64,000 nt of DNA, from the IMG/VR virus record IMGVR_UViG_3300024180_000005, positions 16,219 to 80,218 of that record; one strand, given 5' to 3'. The translations under genes and the position numbers were made by a program. The DNA comes from a virus. Positions 57,441 to 64,000 of this stretch are shown one piece after another. The notes beneath the pieces were generated by a model. It was not told the DNA's origin and made no database searches. It saw only the letters and a program-made list of their open reading frames with translations. Numbering within the stretch: position 1 is the stretch's first letter; every line of letters begins with the position of its first letter.

Positions 57441-58676
57441 ATGAAAAGGATGTCTAATGAATATTTTATAATTAAATCAAAGGAAATATGGGGTGATAAG
57501 TATGACTACTCACTCGTTGAGTATAAAAACATGAAGACTAAAATAAAAATAATCTATAATGATTGGATTTTCTTACAAAAGGCAGAGGATCACTTATTAG
57601 GTAAGATGTGTGAATTGAGATGGAACACTGATCGTTTTATTTTTGAATCCAAAAAAATACATGGTGATAATTATGACTATAGTAAGAGCGTTTTTAAAAA
57701 CATGAATACAAAAGTAATTTTGTTAAAAAATGGGGTTGAGTATTTACAAAGACCAGATAAGCATTTACAGGGTAAAAAGCCAGAAAGAGTTAGAAGACTT
57801 AGAAGTAATAATGATTTTATAGATGAGGCTAGATCAATTTGGGGATATAAATATGATTATTCATTAGTTGATTATAAAGGATCACATAAAGAAGTTTTGA
57901 TTAAACATGATGATATAATTTATAGACAAAAACCTGTTCAACATTTGCTTGGTTATAATTGTGAAAGAGATACTATAAAAAATCAAGAAGACTTTTTGAG
58001 AAAATGTTATGAAAAACATGGTACTAAATATGATTATTCGTTGGTTGAATATACGGGAAGTCAGAATAAAGTCAAAATAATATTTGAGGGGAAAGTATAT
58101 GAACAAAAAGCAGGTGCACACATTCATTCATCCGGATTGGTTGAAAGAGTAATATTAAAAAAGACAACAAAACAATTTATAAAAGAGGCAAATGAAATAC
58201 ATAATTTTAGATATGATTATTCAAAAGTAAAATATTTAAACAATCAGACAAAAGTAATAATATTTTGTAAAATACATGGTGAATTTGAACAGGTATCATC
58301 ATCACATTTGAGTGGAGCAGGTTGTCCACATTGTTCTGAGTCCAAAGGTGAAAAAAAAATCTCTAAGTTTTTAGATCTTAATGAGATTGAATATGATAGA
58401 CAAAAGAAATTTGATGGTTGTATTGGTATAAGATATAAACTACCTTTTGATTTCTATCTACCTAAATATAGAACTGCTATAGAGTTTGATGGTAAGCAAC
58501 ATTATGAGCCTATTGAATATTTCGGTGGCTTAGAAGCATACAATCGATTGAAAGTAAATGACAAGATAAAGTCTGACTATTGTGAGGACAACTATATTGA
58601 TTTGATAAGAATCAGATATGACCAGATTGATAGAGTGTTTGAAATATTGAAAGAGAGTTTAAAGAATAAGATTTAA
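57441..58676 (+). CDS. homing endonuclease with KYDYSxVxY (DUF723-like) repeats and Vsr/DUF559-like nuclease
   Basis: Five (H/W)GxxYDYS-type repeats; GCPHC.ESKGE..PFDFYLP..IEFDG.QH..D.IK..YC..LIRI.Y. Confidence 0.85.
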   Translation: MKRMSNEYFIIKSKEIWGDKYDYSLVEYKNMKTKIKIIYNDWIFLQKAEDHLLGKMCELRWNTDRFIFESKKIHGDNYDYSKSVFKNMNTKVILLKNGVEYLQRPDKHLQGKKPERVRRLRSNNDFIDEARSIWGYKYDYSLVDYKGSHKEVLIKHDDIIYRQKPVQHLLGYNCERDTIKNQEDFLRKCYEKHGTKYDYSLVEYTGSQNKVKIIFEGKVYEQKAGAHIHSSGLVERVILKKTTKQFIKEANEIHNFRYDYSKVKYLNNQTKVIIFCKIHGEFEQVSSSHLSGAGCPHCSESKGEKKISKFLDLNEIEYDRQKKFDGCIGIRYKLPFDFYLPKYRTAIEFDGKQHYEPIEYFGGLEAYNRLKVNDKIKSDYCEDNYIDLIRIRYDQIDRVFEILKESLKNKI

Positions 58677-59329
58677 CTTTCCTTCAAAAGACCTAATTTA
58701 ATTTGATCTATCCTATCTTTCTCCATCCACTGGAGCTCACTATATTTCGGATATATAAAACCAGAATTATTATTATTATAGAGTCTTAAAGGTAAGTCGT
58801 CTGAATCGATAAGATCTAATACTTTTTTGACATCTTCTTTTGATACGGATATTCTTCTGGTTCTGTTTCCTAAATGGAAGACACTCTTTGTGGAACCTGA
58901 TCTCCCTCGCAGACTTTTTCCGATCCAAAGATTTTTTTCTTGTCCGCTTTCTAGGTTTCCGGAAACATAAAATCCTCCGGTAGGATCATTCCAATTGAAG
59001 CTTGTTATTGTACCTAAATAGAATTTATGTTTAACACCATCCATTTCTATATCAATCGAATGTTCTCCTAAAGTAGGCTTTATCTCTACTTCGAAGCTGG
59101 CGTTACCTGTAAGTTCGTTAAAGTATGTTTTTGATCTTAAGACTTTTTGTTCGTCGCTCAATTTCGCCAACATCTCTTCGAACCAGCTAGATATATCAGA
59201 GTGGACGAACTGTCCTTTGTATTTTCCTTTAAGAATAAGTCCTTCTTCTTCGACTTCGAAGCCATTATCAGTGAAGTCGTATGTGTAGTCGCTTGACCAG
59301 TCTTCGTTTATCTTCTTGATTCTTTTCAT
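58673..59329 (-). CDS. tagged hypothetical protein, last gene of tag array 2
   Basis: Starts MKRIKKINED. Confidence 0.8.
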   Translation of the reverse strand: MKRIKKINEDWSSDYTYDFTDNGFEVEEEGLILKGKYKGQFVHSDISSWFEEMLAKLSDEQKVLRSKTYFNELTGNASFEVEIKPTLGEHSIDIEMDGVKHKFYLGTITSFNWNDPTGGFYVSGNLESGQEKNLWIGKSLRGRSGSTKSVFHLGNRTRRISVSKEDVKKVLDLIDSDDLPLRLYNNNNSGFIYPKYSELQWMEKDRIDQIKLGLLKES

Positions 59330-59331
59330 TA

Positions 59332-59775
59332 TTACTTCTTTATTTCGATTACAAAGTAGTCTTTACCTTGTATTTGATCTATTAAAGGTTGATGTAGTGC
59401 AGTTACTACCAAATAATCTGGATATTCATCCTTTAACTTTTCTATATTTGAACCGAGTTCATCTAAAAAATAAGCGAATGTTTTGTTATACTCTACAAAT
59501 TTAGAAAAATCACCTTTGAAACCATAATTTGGTGTATGTTTGATATCCAACTGAGGACAGTTTATGAATATAAATACGTTTGTAACATTTTCTGAAGTGA
59601 CTTCACTATCTTCTATCTGATTCATTGCACCAATATCTGATACTTTATTCCAATATGTTATCTCACCAACTTCTTTATCAGCTTCGATCATGTCAATAAA
59701 GCAGAATTTGATATATTCGATATCCAATCCTTCTTCTATGCTTTCGTTAAACTTCTTCAGATGTTTCATTTTCAT
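59332..59775 (-). CDS. tagged hypothetical protein
   Basis: (MK)MKHLKKFNESIEEGLDIEYI. Confidence 0.8.
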   Translation of the reverse strand: MKMKHLKKFNESIEEGLDIEYIKFCFIDMIEADKEVGEITYWNKVSDIGAMNQIEDSEVTSENVTNVFIFINCPQLDIKHTPNYGFKGDFSKFVEYNKTFAYFLDELGSNIEKLKDEYPDYLVVTALHQPLIDQIQGKDYFVIEIKK

Positions 59776-60181
59776 TTATTTATTTTTATATACTTATATC
59801 TAATACTATGCACCTTTGGTAGGTCTTCATGTCTCCTTCTTGTAGCTCACAGTGGAAGGCTATCTTGTAGCTTGGGTATTCGTCTCTCAGCCTGGAAATG
59901 GCAGATCTTAGATTTTTAGAGAACTCGTCGACCTTTTCTATTCCGGCGAAATACTCTTCCTCGCTTTCTATGTCCATGTTGATAACAGGTTCATAGCAAT
60001 AGAAAGTGCACTCTGTCTTTCCTCTGCCATCTATCTCCACCTCTTCAGCTTCATCCCAGACCATAGTGTCTATCTCTCCCGCAGCACTATCGTCTTCTAT
60101 AAGCTCTATGAAGCATTGTCTTATGTACTCGATATCCAATACTTCTTCTATACTTTCGTTAAACTTCTTCAGATGTTTCAT
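59717..60181 (-). repeat. 53-bp direct repeat (59717-59769 and 60129-60181) covering the tag-coding DNA
   Basis: 51 of 53 positions identical by manual alignment. Confidence 0.9.
59786..60181 (-). CDS. tagged hypothetical protein, paralog of 59332..59775
   Basis: Start moved to 60181: MKHLKKFNESIEEVLDIEYI; shared L.DEYP.Y. Confidence 0.8.
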   Translation of the reverse strand: MKHLKKFNESIEEVLDIEYIRQCFIELIEDDSAAGEIDTMVWDEAEEVEIDGRGKTECTFYCYEPVINMDIESEEEYFAGIEKVDEFSKNLRSAISRLRDEYPSYKIAFHCELQEGDMKTYQRCIVLDISI

Positions 60182-60344
60182 CTTCTTCTCCTTCTTCGTT
60201 TTCTTCTTCCCACTCTTTTTGCATTCTTTCCTTCTCCTCCTTTTCATCAAGATAGTTAGGTAGAATTATTTCTACAGGAGTTTCACTATTCCATTTGTTT
60301 GCAAACTTCTTTGGAAAGTTTTTATATGTTTCTAAATATTTCAT
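60159..60344 (-). CDS. tagged small acidic protein
   Basis: Start moved to 60344 (TAATG overlap): MKYLETYKNF.. Confidence 0.65.
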   Translation of the reverse strand: MKYLETYKNFPKKFANKWNSETPVEIILPNYLDEKEEKERMQKEWEEENEEGEEDETSEEV

Positions 60345-61066
60345 TATCTTTTTACTAATTTTAGTACTACTTGCTGGTCTCCACCGCTTATATTGAACTT
60401 CAGTCCGTCTTCCCAAGCTTCGTTTCTAATCTCAATCAGAACTCTTCTTCTTTCATTGTCGGTATTGTCTAAGTTCATTGTTCCTCGTCCTACCTTGATT
60501 AGTGTGTCAGATATCCCGTAAGAGTAATCGTTCTTTTTTGCAAATCTTGCATCAAGCCAGTTTCCTTTTAAAGTAACTCTTTTGTGTCCCATAGATTTTA
60601 ACCAATCTTGTACTCTTGTCAGATATCCGTCTATCTTATCCACCATAGATTCTTCTTGTTTAGCGAAACCACCCATTATGATGAAAGTTATGGTAAGGCC
60701 TTTGTAATCCATTCCTATGTTGAAGTTTATATCTTTTTCTTCACTTAGGTCGTAGAATCTTTCTATCTCATTTATAACTTCTTTTATCTTCTCGAAAGAA
60801 GTCAGACATTTTTCCATTCCTATATTTATACCATCTAGCTTTCCTAAAGAAAGGGTAACCATTTTGGCTTTTCTGTATTTACTAACATCTTTCATATAAG
60901 GAGTTACATCCTTAACGTGGTTATCAACTATAACCACATTCTTTATAGTTAAAGAATCTGGATTTTCATCAGTATAGTCAGTAAATAACTGTCTAATATC
61001 TAAATCGGTATGTTCATCAAACTCTCTGACTTCTTGGCTTTCTATGAATCTTCTTAGGTATTTCAT
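60344..61066 (-). CDS. tagged hypothetical protein
   Basis: Start moved to 61066: MKYLRRFIES; junction TAA-G-ATG. Confidence 0.8.
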   Translation of the reverse strand: MKYLRRFIESQEVREFDEHTDLDIRQLFTDYTDENPDSLTIKNVVIVDNHVKDVTPYMKDVSKYRKAKMVTLSLGKLDGINIGMEKCLTSFEKIKEVINEIERFYDLSEEKDINFNIGMDYKGLTITFIIMGGFAKQEESMVDKIDGYLTRVQDWLKSMGHKRVTLKGNWLDARFAKKNDYSYGISDTLIKVGRGTMNLDNTDNERRRVLIEIRNEAWEDGLKFNISGGDQQVVLKLVKR

Positions 61067-61067
61067 C

Positions 61068-61388
61068 TTATCTAAATTTATTTGGATATATAGTCCTCCA
61101 TTCATGTCCCTGTGGAACGTCCGATGCCCTAACTCCAAAAACTTTCTTTTCTGGACTGGTGTCTTTGCCATCCATTAAGAAGTTGTTGTTACTCGCCCAA
61201 ACCTCCATAGTTCTATTGATTGGTTGTCCGTCAGAAAATGGAAATCGGATTCCCGTTTTATTATCTATTTTAGAAATTCTTCTATCTGGAGAAATAGAAA
61301 CGGTTATCACAAGTTTAGGATTTCTCTTACTTGTGAAAACTATTTCATGTTTACCAAATTCTTCGTTGAATTTCTTTAGATGTTTCAT
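61068..61388 (-). CDS. tagged hypothetical protein
   Basis: Start moved to 61388: MKHLKKFNEE; junction TAA-G-ATG. Confidence 0.8.
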   Translation of the reverse strand: MKHLKKFNEEFGKHEIVFTSKRNPKLVITVSISPDRRISKIDNKTGIRFPFSDGQPINRTMEVWASNNNFLMDGKDTSPEKKVFGVRASDVPQGHEWRTIYPNKFR

Positions 61389-61389
61389 C

Positions 61390-61821
61390 TTATTTGAAGT
61401 CACTGAATTTTCTCAATCCTTCGAATTGAGCTTGATCCATAGATTCATCTTCTAAACCTTCTTCAGATTCTTCAGATTCTAAATCTTCTAAACCTTCTTC
61501 AGAATCTAAATCTTCTAAACCTTCTTCAGAATCTTGTGCATTATGGAAATCAGCCAATACCTCAGTTATTTTAGCTTTAAGTTCTTCTGGATCACAATCT
61601 TCACCACACTCTTCAATAGTCGCAAGAACTCTGTTTACAACTTCTTCAAGTTCTAAACTTTCTTCTTCTTCAGTTTCTTCACCACCAAATGCTTGTGCGT
61701 CTTGTGCGTCTTGTGCGTCTTGATCAGCAAAGATTTCATCATTTTTCATTTGATCTGCTTCTTCATCTGCGAAAAAGTTATCAGCAAAGTATTCGAATTT
61801 TTTAAGATTTTTCATAATCAT
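61390..61821 (-). CDS. highly acidic tagged protein, prohead-core/scaffold-like
   Basis: MKNLKKFE.. at N-terminus, LRKFSDF at C-terminus; three EEGLED repeats and DAQ x3 (9-bp repeat near 61692-61720). Confidence 0.75.
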   Translation of the reverse strand: MIMKNLKKFEYFADNFFADEEADQMKNDEIFADQDAQDAQDAQAFGGEETEEEESLELEEVVNRVLATIEECGEDCDPEELKAKITEVLADFHNAQDSEEGLEDLDSEEGLEDLESEESEEGLEDESMDQAQFEGLRKFSDFK

Positions 61822-61926
61822 AATAAGTTTTTTTTTGTTTTTTATATAGTATATATTAAGTTATAAAACCAAAAAAAATGTCACCTTTTGAGTGACATTT
61901 ATGATTATTTTTATAATATTCTTTAT

Positions 61927-63222
61927 TTATAAGAATTTCTTATTTGAGATGTTTGGTTTAATACCCATTGAGTCTTGGTATTTTCCCCAATTAAGTATAG
62001 ACTCTGTTTTACTAGCCAATTTATTGGATATTTTTGAATGTAACTTGTTTGTTTTTGTGTCCTTTGCCATACTGAATAGTTTAGATATTTTCTTTAATAA
62101 CTTCTTAGATTCAAATTTAAACATTTTTTCCTTATTAGAGAAATAATAATCACTATTTTTTATATCTTTTTTAAGATTTTTCAAGAAATTTTGAAAAAAA
62201 TCATTTTTTATATCTAAATCTGGATCTTCTTCGGCTTTCTTACCAGTTAAAAGTTCTAAAAATGGATCACTATCATATTTAGGATCTCTTAATAATCCAG
62301 AAAGTGAATCTAATTTTGACCCAATTATATTATTTAAAATTAAATCTTTTAGAGTTTCAATAACTTCTTCATCTGATTGATTATCTACTCGTATATCACT
62401 AGATTCTAATCTATCTCTTATTGAATCAATACTTTCTAAAAGTTTGTCATCAAACTTCTGATAAGTCCATTCCGACATTTCTTTTAAAATTTTCCATGTT
62501 TTATTATTAGTTATAAAATTTAAAAAGTCATCTTTAGTTACACCCTGTACTTCCATTCTAGACGCAATCTCTGCGGATCTAACAATAGATTCTGTTTTTG
62601 ATATGAAGTATAAGTAATAAAAAAATTCATCCACTGCGGGTATTCCAAATCTTAATTTACTTATTGCACTATATTTAGCAACATCTTCGAAATCTTTACC
62701 ACCTTTTATAAAAGATAAATCATAAGAGTGCATTAGTTCGTGTCCTAATGTTGAAACTACTTGTGCCTTATTACTTAATAAAATATCCTTAACCGATTTT
62801 GTCCAAAAATCCTTTTTAGTACTCCTTGACCAAGGGAAATCAAATTTTATACCTAAATTTATTTTACCATCACTAAGATATTCGATATGAAAGTTTTTTC
62901 TATCAATTTTAGTGTTTGGGTTAAAGTATGCACCAATAATCCCAGCATTATTACTATCTTTTCTGTTTACTTCATCGATAAGTATTTTAATATTAAATTC
63001 ATTTATCTCAAAATCATTTATTTTACCGGATAGTGCTAAGTCGAAACTTAACTCTATTTCATTCGCATCAACAGTATATTTATCGCTAACTTCTCTGTTA
63101 AATAAAATGTTTTTCATACCCAATCTTTCTATTATAGAATCATATAGTTTTTGTGCCAAATCGGTTATACCGGTTGGGACACCAACTGCCTCATTTAAAT
63201 CAAATCTTTTTAAATACTTCAT
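61927..63222 (-). CDS. tagged zincin-like (HExxH) protein
   Basis: Starts MKYLKRFDLNEA; LGHELMHSYD with downstream Y....E. Confidence 0.75.
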   Translation of the reverse strand: MKYLKRFDLNEAVGVPTGITDLAQKLYDSIIERLGMKNILFNREVSDKYTVDANEIELSFDLALSGKINDFEINEFNIKILIDEVNRKDSNNAGIIGAYFNPNTKIDRKNFHIEYLSDGKINLGIKFDFPWSRSTKKDFWTKSVKDILLSNKAQVVSTLGHELMHSYDLSFIKGGKDFEDVAKYSAISKLRFGIPAVDEFFYYLYFISKTESIVRSAEIASRMEVQGVTKDDFLNFITNNKTWKILKEMSEWTYQKFDDKLLESIDSIRDRLESSDIRVDNQSDEEVIETLKDLILNNIIGSKLDSLSGLLRDPKYDSDPFLELLTGKKAEEDPDLDIKNDFFQNFLKNLKKDIKNSDYYFSNKEKMFKFESKKLLKKISKLFSMAKDTKTNKLHSKISNKLASKTESILNWGKYQDSMGIKPNISNKKFL

Positions 63223-63298
63223 ATCTTTTAATTATTTATAGTGTATATATTATTTTTAAATATTTATTTTGTATATTTGTAAAAAGATTAAAAATTAA

Positions 63299-63907
63299 AT
63301 GAAATACGATAAACAAAACATATTATTTATAAGTGATCAACATGTAGCTCATAAGAAAGTTATTGAATATGATAAAAGACCATTTAAAGATATTGATGAA
63401 ATGCATATGGAATTCATTAAAAGATGGAATTCAGTAGTTGGTGATGATGATATTGTTTACAACTTAGGTGATCTTTCTTTTGGTGGTACTGAAATTACTA
63501 AATGGTTTGTTCATAGTCTTAAAGGTAAGATTATTCATATTATGGGTAACCATGATAAAATGAAAGATATTATAAAGTTAGATAGAATGGATGAAGTACA
63601 TGAGTATGGTACTGAAATTTGGGTAAAGGATGAAGAAACTGATGGTCTTAGAGGATGTCACGGGTATCAACATATTATAATGAGTCACTATCCAATCTTT
63701 TCTTGGAATAGAAGTCACTATGGTAGTTGGCATCTACATGGCCATACACACGGGTCTTTGATGGCTACCCAACAAGAGTATTATAAAAGAAAAGTAATGG
63801 ATGTTGGATGTCCTTGTATTGACTACACTCCAATTTCCTATGCTGAGGTAAGAAAAATAATGAAAAATAAAAAAGTAGGAGTTGTTGATCACCACGGAGA
63901 GAAATAA
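63299..63907 (+). CDS. calcineurin-like metallophosphoesterase
   Basis: SDQH, WN..V..D..Y.LGD, GNHD, SHYP, HLHGHTH, DVG. Confidence 0.9.
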   Translation: MKYDKQNILFISDQHVAHKKVIEYDKRPFKDIDEMHMEFIKRWNSVVGDDDIVYNLGDLSFGGTEITKWFVHSLKGKIIHIMGNHDKMKDIIKLDRMDEVHEYGTEIWVKDEETDGLRGCHGYQHIIMSHYPIFSWNRSHYGSWHLHGHTHGSLMATQQEYYKRKVMDVGCPCIDYTPISYAEVRKIMKNKKVGVVDHHGEK

Positions 63908-63911
63908 AACT

Positions 63912-64000
63912 ATGATAGAAAGATGGGATTGTATGGTAGTAGTTTGTATCGAACCAATCGAAGGACTTCGTGTTGGTAGTACATATAAAGTAAAAGGCCA
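63912..64000 (+). CDS. hypothetical protein, runs off window
   Basis: MIERWDCMVVVCIEPIEGLRVGSTYKVKG.. Confidence 0.55.
   Translation, partial: MIERWDCMVVVCIEPIEGLRVGSTYKVKG

Noticed and set aside
59786-61403. Long N-terminal extensions in the ORF track (starts 60250, 60416, 61171, 61403)
   Set aside because: They overlap upstream genes; internal ATGs carrying the tag at tight junctions are better starts
1708-63241. Many short antisense or nested ORFs in the track (e.g. 1708, 2459, 12519, 20558, 31322, 34534, 44493, 52600, 56926, 62912)
   Set aside because: Shadows of longer motif-bearing genes; no promoters or recognisable motifs
1-64000. Stop-codon reassignment
   Set aside because: Conserved genes are full length under code 11 and TAG/TGA occur at sensible gene ends; the broken genes are frameshifts
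1-64000. CRISPR array
   Set aside because: No regularly spaced identical repeats with unique spacers; repeats found are coding or tag-associated
1-64000. Eukaryotic giant virus or bacterial chromosome origin
   Set aside because: gp32, UvsX, neck/tail genes, intrinsic terminators, overlapping operons and Bacteroidota promoters indicate a tailed phage

Overview
A very AT-rich, gene-dense segment of a large tailed dsDNA (jumbo-type) phage genome with T4-like core genes: gp32 SSB, UvsX recombinase, NrdB, gp13/gp14-like neck proteins, a gp3-like tail terminator and LamG/DUF1566 fibre proteins. Host-type TAnnTTTG promoters point to a Bacteroidota host. Accessory content includes DnaJ, an N-domain-less ClpC, C5 and N6 DNA methyltransferases, a nuclease-helicase/MTase pair, a nine-gene glycosylation cluster, RNA-repair and translation-rescue candidates, four free-standing homing endonucleases plus two remnants, one atypical tRNA-Gly(ACC) and two candidate structured RNAs. 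The most striking signal is an apparent protein-addressing system. About 17 otherwise mostly unrelated ORFs, many in two tandem arrays, start with a shared peptide (MKYLKxFNE-like) resembling the T4 capsid-targeting sequence. Many of them sit behind an (A/T)ATATATA element placed exactly 4 nt before the ATG, which implies leaderless late mRNA. A separate set of small proteins shares a C-terminal RxxKIxxIL motif. All family assignments come from motif recognition by eye; no searches were run.
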